This document shows, in pieces, positions 1 through 10,204 of a DNA stretch of 64,000 bases (the stretch's first letter is position 1; the number at the start of each line of letters is the position of its first letter). The notes beneath the pieces are model-generated. The model made no database searches. It was given only the letters and a program-made list of their open reading frames with translations, and was not told where the DNA came from. Source of the stretch: an uncultured Candidatus Bathyarchaeia archaeon (GTDB lineage Archaea > Thermoproteota > CALKCG01 > B24 > DRYS01); contig CAZBGY010000001.1 in the NCBI GenBank assembly GCA_964491605.1, positions 23,694 through 87,693 of the forward strand, written 5' to 3'. The position numbers and the translations under genes are program-made.

Positions 1-555
1 ATAGATGTTAAGGTATTGAGTTTTAGATCGGTAGGTCTCGAAGATCAAGGTACCATAATAAAGGGTGGGTTGGAGAAGCGGATCGATGTAACACAGGTGT
101 ACGATAAACCTATAGGGTATATAACAATATTGGGTGAAAGTGTATCATCGCATATAGAGGTTGTATGCGAAGCCTTATCGATAATAGGGTCTGCAGGGCC
201 TATATTAGGTTTATCGTGTGACGATCGATCTATGATAGTATATCTGCCTGAGGATCTATGTATCAGCGTAGCCGATAAGGTTCATCAGCTGGTTGAGAAG
301 TATAGGAAAGAGGTTAAAGCTATCGCCGTACGTAGAGGATTATCCCTACTCGCGGTGAGAGGTTTCGGGCTTGAAGAATCACCCGGAATCATAGCTAGCA
401 TATCTAAACCATTAAGCGAGAAAAACGTGAATATACACGGTATGTATACGGTATCCTCTACAGTCTTCATCTTAGTCGACTGGAACTCTAAAGATATAGT
501 CATCTCTACTTTAAGGAGTATTTTCGATGAGAGGTGGAATACATGTATAGCGTAG
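1..555 (+). CDS. lysC: aspartate kinase, C-terminal fragment (regulatory ACT domains); 5' end lies outside the window
   Basis: The ORF is open to the window edge. The sequence is ACT-domain-like (GxxGIIASISKPL, NVNIHGM motifs). It sits immediately upstream of, and overlaps, asd, the classic lysC-asd pairing. Confidence 0.6.
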   Translation: MDVKVLSFRSVGLEDQGTIIKGGLEKRIDVTQVYDKPIGYITILGESVSSHIEVVCEALSIIGSAGPILGLSCDDRSMIVYLPEDLCISVADKVHQLVEKYRKEVKAIAVRRGLSLLAVRGFGLEESPGIIASISKPLSEKNVNIHGMYTVSSTVFILVDWNSKDIVISTLRSIFDERWNTCIA

Positions 556-1619
556 CCGTAGTCGGTGCTACAGGGGTTGTAGGTCAGCAATTCTTAGTCG
601 CTCTAAACGGCCATCCATGGTTTAAGGTAGATTGTCTCGCGGCATCGCCTAGATCTGCTGGTAAACCGTATATAGAAGCTATAAAGGGATCTGAAGGCGA
701 GGTTAGATGGTTCTGCGATGAGCCTATACCCGAAGCATTCATCGATATGGAGGTTAAAGATTCGTCGAGCATAAACCCATCGGATTTCGATCTGATATTC
801 ACAGCTGTAGAATCTGATGTAGCTTTAAAGATCGAGCCGCTCTATGCTAAGGAGACACCTGTGGTTAGCACTGCATCAGCTTTCAGGTACGAGGAAGATG
901 TACCGGTGCTCGTACCTGGGGTTAACGATGAGCATATACGGCTTATAGATTTACAGAGGAGGCGTAGAGGATGGAGGGGCTTCATAACTCCTATACCTAA
1001 CTGTACGACTACCGGTCTCGTAGTAACTCTAAAGCCTCTTATGGATGAATTCGGTTTGGAGAAGATTATTATGACTTCGATGCAAGCTTTATCCGGTGCT
1101 GGTAGATCACCTGGAGTTTTAGCTCTCGATATAATAGACAATATCATCCCCTACATAAGAGGGGAAGAGTGGAAGGTTGAAACGGAGAGTAGAAAAATTC
1201 TAGGCTCTATAGTCGAAGATAGGATTAAACTTGCTGATTTCAGGATAAGCTGTACCTGTACACGTGTATTCGTTAAAGACGGGCATACAGAGGTTGTCTA
1301 CGCTTCTTTGAAACGGAAAGCATCCGTAGATGAGGTTAAGGAGGCGTTCATAAAGTTCGGTGAGGTGGCGTTTAAAGATTCTAAGCTCCCCTCAGCTCCT
1401 AGGCGTTTCATAGTATGTTTCGATGATCCATTCCGTCCTCAGCCTAGACTTGATAGAGATCTATATGGTGGTATGGCTGTAGCCGTGGGGCGTATAAGGG
1501 AGGATCCAGCTCTAGAGAACGGTGTTAAATACATTCTTCTATCTCATAATACTCGTTTAGGTGCAGCTAAGGGTGCTGTACTGACAGCAGAGCTCCTTGT
1601 TAAGGAGGGTGTTATATGA
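534..1619 (+). CDS. asd: aspartate-semialdehyde dehydrogenase
   Basis: N-terminal Rossmann motif VAVVGATGVVGQ; length 361 aa; position after aspartokinase. The real start is probably the MYSVAVVG Met a few codons downstream. Confidence 0.85.
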   Translation: MEYMYSVAVVGATGVVGQQFLVALNGHPWFKVDCLAASPRSAGKPYIEAIKGSEGEVRWFCDEPIPEAFIDMEVKDSSSINPSDFDLIFTAVESDVALKIEPLYAKETPVVSTASAFRYEEDVPVLVPGVNDEHIRLIDLQRRRRGWRGFITPIPNCTTTGLVVTLKPLMDEFGLEKIIMTSMQALSGAGRSPGVLALDIIDNIIPYIRGEEWKVETESRKILGSIVEDRIKLADFRISCTCTRVFVKDGHTEVVYASLKRKASVDEVKEAFIKFGEVAFKDSKLPSAPRRFIVCFDDPFRPQPRLDRDLYGGMAVAVGRIREDPALENGVKYILLSHNTRLGAAKGAVLTAELLVKEGVI

Positions 1620-2431
1620 GGATCTATATGGGTAAGGAGAGAAGGTTGAAGAGGATATTCCGAGATGATGGTAAAACAGTTATAGTCCCTATGGATCACA
1701 GTGTAACTACAGGTCCCATAAAGGGTTTAATCGATATGCAGCGTACGGTGGATAGCTTGAAGTGTGGTTATGTGGATGCGATTGTTCTGCATAAAGGTGT
1801 AGCGAAGTATATCGATAGCAGGGGTTTAGCGTTGATAATTCATCTTTCTGGAAGTACTGTAAGGGGTCCTGATCCGAATTGGAAGGTTCAAGTATCATCT
1901 GTCGAAGAGGCTTTACTCTTAGGTGCAGATGCCGTGTCAGTTCATATAAATCTCGGAGCTGAGAGGGAGCATTATATGCTTAGGAAGCTTGGGAGGATAG
2001 CGGATCTATGTGATAGATGGCAGATACCGTTGCTAGCTATGATGTATCCAAGAGGTCCTAAAATCGCATCCGAATACGATGTAGAAGTGGTAGCTCATGC
2101 AGCTAGACTTGGGGCGGAGCTGGGTGCAGATGTCGTTAAGACGGTGTATACGGGTGATAGGGAGAGTTTCAGGAGGGTTGTAGAGGCATGCCCGGTGCCT
2201 GTAGTCTTAGCCGGTGGACCTAAAACCCCTGATGTTAGTTCCTTCCTCAAGATGGTGTATGAGGCTATAGATGCTGGAGCTAAAGGTGTATCTATAGGTA
2301 GGAATGTATTTCAGGCTGAACCACCTGAAGCTATGGCCTACGCCCTGTATAGCATAGTACATGAGGATACCGATTTTGAGGAGGCATATAAGAGGTTTCT
2401 CGATATCGCTAGTAGGAGGTCCGACAAGTGA
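1616..2431 (+). CDS. aroA': 2-amino-3,7-dideoxy-D-threo-hept-6-ulosonate synthase (AroA', DhnA-type class I aldolase family)
   Basis: 271-aa DhnA/FbaB-family aldolase-like sequence. Start overlaps the asd stop (ATGA). It is directly followed by 3-dehydroquinate synthase II, the obligate partner in the archaeal ASA/DKFP route. It cannot be distinguished from a class I FBP aldolase by eye. Confidence 0.65.
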   Translation: MRIYMGKERRLKRIFRDDGKTVIVPMDHSVTTGPIKGLIDMQRTVDSLKCGYVDAIVLHKGVAKYIDSRGLALIIHLSGSTVRGPDPNWKVQVSSVEEALLLGADAVSVHINLGAEREHYMLRKLGRIADLCDRWQIPLLAMMYPRGPKIASEYDVEVVAHAARLGAELGADVVKTVYTGDRESFRRVVEACPVPVVLAGGPKTPDVSSFLKMVYEAIDAGAKGVSIGRNVFQAEPPEAMAYALYSIVHEDTDFEEAYKRFLDIASRRSDK

Positions 2432-3504
2432 AGGAGCTTTGGCTTATATTCCCCCCCAATATCGGATCTGAGAATGCTGAGCGTATATTCCCCAAGCTTG
2501 ACGGTCTATGCGACGGTGTTATATTGGAATCTAGGATAGCTATACCTAGTAATCGAAGCTATAAGGTGGCTTCGATTACGAGTGATTCAGATATAACCAT
2601 CGTATACAGCATCGAAGATCTTGAGAGGAATATTTTAGATGGTAGGAGAACTGCATATATACTTGAATTGGGGGGTAATACCTCTGCAGAATCCTTACCC
2701 GATATTCTCGATGATATCTATGATAAATCCAGATTCCTGGAATTCATACTGGTTAGATGTAGAGATTGGCGCGTGATACCTTTAGAGAATATCGTCTCTG
2801 TGCTCAAAGGTAAGGTGAAGATTTTAGCTGAAGCCTCTACTCTCGATGATGCTTTATTACTAGCTAACGTGCTAGAGATGGGGGTAGACGGCTTAGCTCT
2901 TAAAACCCTGGATCTCACTTCTATAGCAGCATTAAGATCTATGCTTAAAGGTATAGGGTCTCTAGAGCTTAAAATCGCTAAGGTATCTTCCATCAAACCT
3001 CTAGGTCTAGGCGCGAGAGTATGTATCGATACATGTGAGCTTATGAGTGCAGGTGAAGGTATGCTTGTAGGCTGCCAGTCGAACTTTCTATTCCTAGTCG
3101 AAGCCGAGGTATGGGATAATCCATATGTGCAGCCTAGACCCTTCAGAGTTAACGCAGGACCTGTAGGCTTATACATATACGTACCCGGGGATAGGACTAA
3201 GTATCTTTCAGAATTATCATCAGGTAGTGATGTACTGGTGGTCGATAGGAGCGGTCGATGCAGACCTGTAGATGTATGCAGGGTTAAGATCGAATGGAGG
3301 CCCCTTATACTCGTCGAAGCTGTATGCGAAGGATACACCGGTAAAGTTATACTCCAGAATGCTGAAACCATAAGGCTTATAACACCTGATGGATCTAAAT
3401 CCGTAGCTGAACTTCAACCTGGTAGCGAAGTTCTCGTATATATCAAGCCAGGTGCACGACATCTTGGAAGATTAGTCAACTCTATGCGTATAATAGAGAG
3501 GTGA
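2428..3504 (+). CDS. aroB': 3-dehydroquinate synthase II (archaeal type)
   Basis: 358-aa protein of typical aroB' size and composition. Its start and stop overlap the neighbouring genes, and it is embedded in the shikimate gene set. Confidence 0.75.
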   Translation: MKELWLIFPPNIGSENAERIFPKLDGLCDGVILESRIAIPSNRSYKVASITSDSDITIVYSIEDLERNILDGRRTAYILELGGNTSAESLPDILDDIYDKSRFLEFILVRCRDWRVIPLENIVSVLKGKVKILAEASTLDDALLLANVLEMGVDGLALKTLDLTSIAALRSMLKGIGSLELKIAKVSSIKPLGLGARVCIDTCELMSAGEGMLVGCQSNFLFLVEAEVWDNPYVQPRPFRVNAGPVGLYIYVPGDRTKYLSELSSGSDVLVVDRSGRCRPVDVCRVKIEWRPLILVEAVCEGYTGKVILQNAETIRLITPDGSKSVAELQPGSEVLVYIKPGARHLGRLVNSMRIIER

Positions 3505-4205
3505 GGTATCCCAGGTTGAAGCCTAAGATATGCGTACCTATACCGTGCAGGAGGGTGGATGAAGCCTTCTCCCTGATAGATGAAGCTTGTAAGGCTGAAG
3601 CTGATCTTATCGAGCTTAGACTCGATTACATAGATGATACGAGCTGTTTCAAACCGATTATTAGGTATGTAAAGGATCTGGATATCCCGATCATAGCTAC
3701 CGTCAGATCTAGATCTCAGGGAGGTTTATGGAGATGGGGTGAGAAATCCAGGGTTAGATTACTGGAGGAAGCTGCATACTCAGGTGTAGAGTATGTGGAT
3801 GTGGAGCATGATACTATGGATATCGAGAAGATCGTAGGAAAATTAAAGAATGCCGGAGTTGAAGTCATAGTTTCCCATCATGACTTCGATAAGACCCCTG
3901 GGTTGTACAGTCTTACATCCATCTTCGAATCTATGAAAGGTACAGGTTGCGATATATGTAAGATAGCCGTTTTCGCTAGAAGCTGGGAGGATAGCCTACT
4001 ACTCTTAACATTCTCTATGAATATTTCTAAGAAGGGTAGGATTGTATGCGTCTCTATGGGTCATTACGGTTTACCCGCACGCATACTCGCACCGCTATAC
4101 GGATCCGAGTATACCTATGCATCGTTAAGCTACGATTATCAGACGGCTCCAGATCAGATACCTATCGATAAACTTAGACAGATCTATACAGCTCTGGGGC
4201 TATGA
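3501..4205 (+). CDS. aroD: 3-dehydroquinate dehydratase, type I
   Basis: 234 aa; pathway position between aroB' and aroE; type I DHQase-like sequence. Confidence 0.75.
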   Translation: MRYPRLKPKICVPIPCRRVDEAFSLIDEACKAEADLIELRLDYIDDTSCFKPIIRYVKDLDIPIIATVRSRSQGGLWRWGEKSRVRLLEEAAYSGVEYVDVEHDTMDIEKIVGKLKNAGVEVIVSHHDFDKTPGLYSLTSIFESMKGTGCDICKIAVFARSWEDSLLLLTFSMNISKKGRIVCVSMGHYGLPARILAPLYGSEYTYASLSYDYQTAPDQIPIDKLRQIYTALGL

Positions 4206-4208
4206 GGA

Positions 4209-5069
4209 ATGAAGATCTCAGCTCGTACCAGTATATACGGGGTTATAGGCTATCCTATAGAGCATAGCTTAAGCCCCATGATACATAACGCTGCTATAGA
4301 AGCTCTAGGTATAGATGCAGTCTACGTAGCGTTCCACGTTAAACCCGGTATGCTTAGGGATGCAGTCTACGGTATGAAAGCGATCGGGGTTAAAGGGTTT
4401 AACGTAACCATGCCCTTCAAGACCGAGATAGTATCCTATCTCGATCAGCTCGATGAGGAGACGGCCTTCGTAGAAGCCGTTAACACAGTCGTGGATGTGG
4501 ATGGGTGCTTCGTAGGATATACCACTGATGGTCTAGGCGCTCTTGAAGTCTTGAAATCTACGGTAGGTAATCTAGATGGTCTAAGTATAGTCGTGATCGG
4601 TGCAGGTGGTGCTGCTAGAGCATTGGTATACCATCTATCGAAGATCCCATGTAATATAACGATCCTTAATAGGAGCGTAGAGAAAGCTAGGTTTATAGTC
4701 GAGAAGCTTGGATCGAATTCTAACGCTAAGCTCTCCTATCGAAGCCTATCGGAGGATGATCAGAAAGCAGTTATACCTAAAGCACACATAATAGTTAACG
4801 CTACCCCTGTAGGTATGACTATACCTGGATGCCCTATCTCCCCCTCACTTCTGAATAACAGTCATATAGTCTTCGATATGATATACTGGCCTCCTGAAAC
4901 ACAGCTTCTAAAGGAGGCTAGGCTTAGAGAAGCTACTATCATTAACGGTCTACCGATGCTCGTATACCAGGCAGCATACTCCTTCAAGCTATGGTTCGGT
5001 ATATCCCCCCCGTTAGATGTTATGTTCAGAGTAGTCGAGGAGGAATTCTCAAGATATGGGGAGAGGTAG
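4209..5069 (+). CDS. aroE: shikimate dehydrogenase
   Basis: N-terminal GVIGYPIEHSLSP (AroE substrate-binding motif) and an NADP-binding GAGGAARA Rossmann motif. Confidence 0.85.
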   Translation: MKISARTSIYGVIGYPIEHSLSPMIHNAAIEALGIDAVYVAFHVKPGMLRDAVYGMKAIGVKGFNVTMPFKTEIVSYLDQLDEETAFVEAVNTVVDVDGCFVGYTTDGLGALEVLKSTVGNLDGLSIVVIGAGGAARALVYHLSKIPCNITILNRSVEKARFIVEKLGSNSNAKLSYRSLSEDDQKAVIPKAHIIVNATPVGMTIPGCPISPSLLNNSHIVFDMIYWPPETQLLKEARLREATIINGLPMLVYQAAYSFKLWFGISPPLDVMFRVVEEEFSRYGER

Positions 5070-5943
5070 AGCATCCGCGTTCGCCGCGGTATCGATCGTC
5101 AATGCCTTAGCTACAGGACTAGGCGCCGCTCTAAGCATAGATCTACGTCTAGAAGCATATGTAGATATCAGAAGCGGTCGAGGAGTGTACGTGGAGTTTG
5201 AAGGCTTCCAGCCTAAGGATACTAAGCTTGTGGAAGCCTGCCTATCGAGAGTAGCTAGCTACGCAGGTTTAACCGATGGATATGAAGCTAGGGTGAGGAT
5301 AAGATCCGATATACCTATAGCTAAGGGTTTGAAGAGTAGTAGTGCAGCTTCCAACGCAGTGGTGCTTGCAGCTATGGAAGCTCTGGGTATAAAGTGTAGC
5401 AGCTTTAAGGATAAGCTGAAGCTTGCTCTAAATATGGCTGTGGATGCTTCGCTTGAAGCCGGGGTAACCGTCACAGGAGCGTTCGACGATGCATCAGCAT
5501 CGATGCTTGGAGGAATAGTCGTTACCGATAACTTCAACCGTGATATCGTGTATAGATCCAAACCTAGAAGAGGGTTGAAGGTAGTGTTGTATATACCGGG
5601 GGAGGAGCGATATACTGTTGAGGTCGATTTGCATAACTTTAAACGGTTAGACGGTTTATTCAGGTTAGCTTGGCGTCTCGCCACGATAGGGTACTGGATG
5701 GAGGCTATGAATATTAACGGTCTAGCCGTAGCTTCAGCTTTAGGATATAAGATAGCCTATTTGATGGATGCCCTTGAAGCTGGGGCGTTAGCAGCCTCTC
5801 CATCTGGTAAAGGTCCGGCGTTAGCTGCGGTTGTCGAAGAGGATAGGGTTGATAGCGTACTAGATAGATGGCTCAACCTAGAAGGTGAAGTTAAAGTGGT
5901 AGACGTGAATAGTAGATATGCGTACAGCTGCAGGGAGGGTTAG
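5056..5943 (+). CDS. aroK: shikimate kinase, archaeal GHMP-kinase type
   Basis: GHMP signature PIAKGLKSSSAASNA; 295 aa; position in the pathway operon. Confidence 0.75.
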   Translation: MGRGRASAFAAVSIVNALATGLGAALSIDLRLEAYVDIRSGRGVYVEFEGFQPKDTKLVEACLSRVASYAGLTDGYEARVRIRSDIPIAKGLKSSSAASNAVVLAAMEALGIKCSSFKDKLKLALNMAVDASLEAGVTVTGAFDDASASMLGGIVVTDNFNRDIVYRSKPRRGLKVVLYIPGEERYTVEVDLHNFKRLDGLFRLAWRLATIGYWMEAMNINGLAVASALGYKIAYLMDALEAGALAASPSGKGPALAAVVEEDRVDSVLDRWLNLEGEVKVVDVNSRYAYSCREG

Positions 5944-7240
5944 ATTGTTGAAAGTTCTATTCACGGCTACGGATAGGTTGGAGGGATCTATACATAGTCA
6001 GCCCTCGAAATCTTATACGATAAGATATCTCGTAGCATCGCTACTATCAGAGGGGGTTACAGTGATGGAGAACCCATCGATATGTGACGACGCCCTCGCC
6101 GTAGTTAAAGCATGCGAGGCATTCGGCGCTAAGGTTGAATCGGGTGAAGGTCTTATCAGGATATCATCAACTGGATATCTGGAGGTTCCCAGTGTTATAA
6201 TCGATTGCGGCGGATCCGCTACGGCTATACGTATCCTATCCGCCGTAGCTTCACTTGCTCCAGGTATAACCGTGTTGACGGGGGACGAATCTTTAAGGTC
6301 GAGGCCCATAGGTCCCTTGATAGATGCGTTAAGAAGGCTTGGCGTAGAGGCATATTCTACGCGTATGAACGGTCTTCCACCTGTAATCGTATTCGGCGGT
6401 GGTATACCTGGAGGCTGTACATGGATCGATGGTAGTATAAGCTCCCAGTATGTATCCGCTCTACTATTCATTCTACCTAAAGCGAGGAAGAAATCTTCGT
6501 TGAAGGTTATAGGTGAAATCGAATCTAAAGGCTACATCGATCTGACGCTATCCGTGCTGGAGAAGTTCGGGGTTAAAGTTGAGCGTAGTGGGTACTCGTA
6601 CTTTGAAGCAGAAGCTGGACAGAATTATCGCCCCCCGGCTACCTGCAGGGTTCCAGGTGATTATTCATCATCCTCCTTCATACTTGTGGCTTGCTCTGTA
6701 CTTCCATCAAAGGTTAGGATTTATGACCTCGTAGAATCAGATATACAGCCGGATCGATTAATCGTCGATATAGTTAGAGATCTCGGGGTGAATGTCAGGT
6801 TCGGCAACGGCTATCTCGAGATAGAGAGTTGCGGTGATACGCTGAACGGGTTTGAAGTTGATGTGAGGGATTCACCCGATTTAGCTCCTCCGCTTGCGTC
6901 TTTAGCATGCTTCTGTAAAGGTGTGTCTAGGATTAAGGGGTGTAGGAGATTGAGGTTTAAGGAATCCGATAGGTTGAAAGCTATCTCATCAGAGCTTACG
7001 CGTATAGGTGTCAAGGTAGATGTGAATGAGGATACTATATCGATCCATGGATCTGGGCGCGTGGATGGTGGCTACACATATTCTTGGGGGGATCATAGGA
7101 TCGCTATGATGCTTGCAGTACTTGGTTTAGGTAGTCGTAGAGGTGTAGTCGTGGATGGGTTCGACTGTGTATCCAAATCCTATCCTAAGTTTCTATCCGA
7201 TCTAGAAGCTATAGGAGGGAAATTCAGCTTTGTCGGCTAA
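5918..7240 (+). CDS. aroA: 3-phosphoshikimate 1-carboxyvinyltransferase (EPSP synthase)
   Basis: 440 aa. N-terminal GSIHSQPSKSYTIRYLVASLLSEG matches the AroA G-x-x-x-PGDKS-like region. The RLRFKESDR motif is present near the C-terminus. Confidence 0.85.
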   Translation: MRTAAGRVRLLKVLFTATDRLEGSIHSQPSKSYTIRYLVASLLSEGVTVMENPSICDDALAVVKACEAFGAKVESGEGLIRISSTGYLEVPSVIIDCGGSATAIRILSAVASLAPGITVLTGDESLRSRPIGPLIDALRRLGVEAYSTRMNGLPPVIVFGGGIPGGCTWIDGSISSQYVSALLFILPKARKKSSLKVIGEIESKGYIDLTLSVLEKFGVKVERSGYSYFEAEAGQNYRPPATCRVPGDYSSSSFILVACSVLPSKVRIYDLVESDIQPDRLIVDIVRDLGVNVRFGNGYLEIESCGDTLNGFEVDVRDSPDLAPPLASLACFCKGVSRIKGCRRLRFKESDRLKAISSELTRIGVKVDVNEDTISIHGSGRVDGGYTYSWGDHRIAMMLAVLGLGSRRGVVVDGFDCVSKSYPKFLSDLEAIGGKFSFVG

Positions 7241-8345
7241 TAGCTTCGGTAGGCGACTAGTGTTAACATGCTTCGGCGAAAGTCATGGTGAGCTTATAGG
7301 CGTCGTGGTAGATGGCTGTCCAGCAGGCCTAAGGCTGGATGAGGAGGATATACAGAGGGAGCTTGATAAACGTAGACCTGGATCTACGCCGTACTCTACG
7401 AGTAGAGCCGAACCTGATAGAGCTAGGATAGTTTCAGGTGTTCTGGATGGATACACAACTGGTGCACCTATATGCATATTAGTGGGTAATAAAGATGTAG
7501 ATTCAAGGCCATACGAAGTTTTCAGGTTTAAACCTAGACCTGGCCATGCAGATTACCCTGCATACATAAGGTACGGTGGATTCAACGATTATAGGGGTGG
7601 TGGAAGATTCTCCGGTAGGATTACTGTATCGTTCGTAGCAGCTGGGGCTGTAGCTAAGAAGCTCCTCAGCATCTTAGGTATAGAGGTTTACGGTCATGTC
7701 TGCCGGTTGGGATGGGTGGCTTCTAGTAGGCTTCCGACAATAGACGAGCTACGTAGGGTATACGAGAACCCTGTAAGATGCGCTATACCCGAGTTAGTAG
7801 CCGATATGGAGGAGGTGTTGAAGCGTTCGATAGAGGATGGCGATAGCATAGGTAGTATGATCGAAGCTTTCGCTTTCAACGTACCACTAGGTTTAGGCGA
7901 TCCTGTGTTTCACGGTCTCGACGTCGATATAGCATCCATAATGTTCGCTATACCAGGGGTGAAAGCTTTAAGTATCGGTCTAGGGTTTGAAGCTGCTTCT
8001 ATGAAAGGATCTGAATTCATAGATCCATATACTATCGTAGATGGTAAGGTTTCACAGAAGAGTAACAATTGCGGGGGTATCATCGGAGGTTTATCCACCG
8101 GCAGCCCGATACATGTCCGGGTATCCTTCAAACCTCCATCCACGATAGGCAAGAGGGTTGGAACGGTTAACCTTAAAACGATGACCGACGACTACGTGGA
8201 AGCATGGGGTAGGTATGACCCGTGCATAGGTATAAGAGCACTCCCAGTCGTGGAAGCTTGCCTAGCCTTCGTCATAGCGGATCACTGTCTGAATCAAGGG
8301 TTAATACCGACGGTGGTTGGAGATGAATATCGAAGAGCTACGTAG
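7230..8345 (+). CDS. aroC: chorismate synthase
   Basis: N-terminal FGESHG and the typical RPGHADY and RYD motifs; 371 aa. Confidence 0.9.
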   Translation: MSANSFGRRLVLTCFGESHGELIGVVVDGCPAGLRLDEEDIQRELDKRRPGSTPYSTSRAEPDRARIVSGVLDGYTTGAPICILVGNKDVDSRPYEVFRFKPRPGHADYPAYIRYGGFNDYRGGGRFSGRITVSFVAAGAVAKKLLSILGIEVYGHVCRLGWVASSRLPTIDELRRVYENPVRCAIPELVADMEEVLKRSIEDGDSIGSMIEAFAFNVPLGLGDPVFHGLDVDIASIMFAIPGVKALSIGLGFEAASMKGSEFIDPYTIVDGKVSQKSNNCGGIIGGLSTGSPIHVRVSFKPPSTIGKRVGTVNLKTMTDDYVEAWGRYDPCIGIRALPVVEACLAFVIADHCLNQGLIPTVVGDEYRRAT

Positions 8346-9399
8346 AGAGATAGATGAACTCGATAAACGTATAGTCGAGCTTCTAGCTAGGAGGGTATCG
8401 ATAGCTAGAGCTATAGGTGGGATTAAACGTGAAACGAAGTTAAGTATCGTAGATCTAGATAGAGAGTGGAAGGTTTTATCAAATATTAGAGCTGAATCGG
8501 TAAAGCTTGGTTTAAACCCGGATTTAGTAGCGGATATCTACCGTAGGATTATAGATCTATGTCGATCCATTCAAACTCCCATAAAGGTAGCTTTCCTCGG
8601 TCCTAGGGGAAGCTTCAGCGAAGAAGCTGCTCGGAGATTCTTCCCGATGGAAGAGTGTATCGAGTTTAGGGAGTACCCATCTATAAGGGATCTATTCAGA
8701 GCTGTTGAGGAGGGTGAAGTGGATTACTGCGTAGTTCCTGTCGAAAACTCTATCGAAGGTAGTGTGAACGAAACTCTAGATCTATTATTCGAAACCAAGC
8801 TTAAGATATGCGGGGAACTCGAACATAGGGTAAGACTCAACCTTATAGGCAGGCCGGGGCTTAAACTAGATGATATTAAGGTACTTATTAGTCATCCTCA
8901 AGCTATAAGTCAGTGTAGGAACTTCATAGCGAGGGTGTTGAAGGGTGTGGAAATCCGCGAAGCTTCGAGTACTAGTCAAGCTGTTAAGGTATCCTTAGAG
9001 AGCGAGTATACGGCTTCCATAGGTTCGGAGCTTGCAGCTAGGCTATACGGTGGGGAGATAATAGCTAGGGGTATAGAGGATTATCGAGATAACTATACGA
9101 GATTCTTCCTCCTAGGATGGGAGGATTCACCTTGCGCCGAAGGTTGTAAGACTTCGATAATATTCTCCACTCCTCATAAACCCGGAGCTCTATACAGAGC
9201 TCTATCAGTCTTCGCCGAGAAAGGGATAAATTTGACTAAGATAGAGTCCCGCCCGATTAAAAGCAGGCCTTGGGAATATCTGTTCTACCTAGATTTCGAA
9301 GGTCATAGGGAGGATGAAGTTTGCAGGCAGGCTATAGAGGATTTGAGGGGGAAGGCTCTATTCCTGAAGATTCTAGGCTCATACAGGAAGATAGGTTGA
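8317..9399 (+). CDS. pheA: bifunctional chorismate mutase / prephenate dehydratase (P-protein) with C-terminal ACT domain
   Basis: N-terminal AroQ-type CM helix (LRREIDELDKRIVELLARR), a central PDT domain (ESR/TRF region) and an ACT tail. Confidence 0.8.
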   Translation: MEMNIEELRREIDELDKRIVELLARRVSIARAIGGIKRETKLSIVDLDREWKVLSNIRAESVKLGLNPDLVADIYRRIIDLCRSIQTPIKVAFLGPRGSFSEEAARRFFPMEECIEFREYPSIRDLFRAVEEGEVDYCVVPVENSIEGSVNETLDLLFETKLKICGELEHRVRLNLIGRPGLKLDDIKVLISHPQAISQCRNFIARVLKGVEIREASSTSQAVKVSLESEYTASIGSELAARLYGGEIIARGIEDYRDNYTRFFLLGWEDSPCAEGCKTSIIFSTPHKPGALYRALSVFAEKGINLTKIESRPIKSRPWEYLFYLDFEGHREDEVCRQAIEDLRGKALFLKILGSYRKIG

Positions 9400-10193
9400 C
9401 CCTAACTGTAGTAGGCTCCGGGGGGATGGGGCGTCTCCTCTCGCGTTTACTTAAAGCTAGCGTACACCGACTTATACTCGTGAGTAGGGATGTAGATAGG
9501 GCAAAGCTTATCGCTAAACGTATAGGTGTCGATTGGGGTGGATACGAATCTACAGCGTGTGCCGATATATGCGTAGTCGCCGTCCCGCAGCGGTTCGTCG
9601 TAGATACCGTGTCGAAGATATCTCAGGAGTTGAAGGCTGGGTCCATCATCGCCGATATATCATCCGTGAAGACATACATTGTACCGAAAGTTCTTAAGGT
9701 ACTGCCAGACCACATCGACTATATAAGTCTGCATCCACTCTTCGGTCCATCTGTTAGGAGGTCTCCTAAACTTAAAGTAGTCGTTATACCCGTTAGATGC
9801 TCCAAGCTATCCCTAGATAGATTTATATTGGTACTGAGGAACGCAGGGCTAAACGTGATACTCTCTACTGTCGAAGAGCATGATCGTATAATGTCTGTTA
9901 TACAGTGTATCCACCATCTCTCATATATGGCTCTAGCCTTAACGTTGATAGAATATGTTAAGCCTGAGGATATATCTAGGTATTCTACAGCATCTCTAAC
10001 CCATACTTTAAGAATGCTTAGAAGGTTTAGGAGGATACTTGACGTGGTAAAGGAGATACAGGAGTCGAATCCATACTATGGAGAATGTAAAGTTAGTTTC
10101 ATCGAATATGTTAGGCTTCTAAGCTTAATCGATGAACGGGCATGGAGCATGCTCAGAGATGCTCTAGATAAATTATCAAGGATAGAAGTATAG
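9321..10193 (+). CDS. tyrA: prephenate dehydrogenase
   Basis: Rossmann motif VVGSGGMGRLL. The likely true start is the TTG at 9395 overlapping the pheA stop (TTGA), because the first 25 codons of the tracked ORF overlap pheA. Confidence 0.7.
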   Translation: MQAGYRGFEGEGSIPEDSRLIQEDRLTLTVVGSGGMGRLLSRLLKASVHRLILVSRDVDRAKLIAKRIGVDWGGYESTACADICVVAVPQRFVVDTVSKISQELKAGSIIADISSVKTYIVPKVLKVLPDHIDYISLHPLFGPSVRRSPKLKVVVIPVRCSKLSLDRFILVLRNAGLNVILSTVEEHDRIMSVIQCIHHLSYMALALTLIEYVKPEDISRYSTASLTHTLRMLRRFRRILDVVKEIQESNPYYGECKVSFIEYVRLLSLIDERAWSMLRDALDKLSRIEV

Positions 10194-10204
10194 TATGGAT
10201 AGCC

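Noticed and set aside
2718-3371. 217-aa minus-strand ORF inside aroB'. The same applies to many other antisense ORFs in the track (e.g. 285-590, 842-1147, 5259-5684, 6013-6471, 14699-15226, 28266-28694, 38802-39251, 45337-45741, 47851-48279, 48860-49213).
   Set aside because: These are shadow ORFs lying antisense to long, motif-bearing genes. They have low-complexity, Ser/Pro/Leu-rich translations and no motifs.
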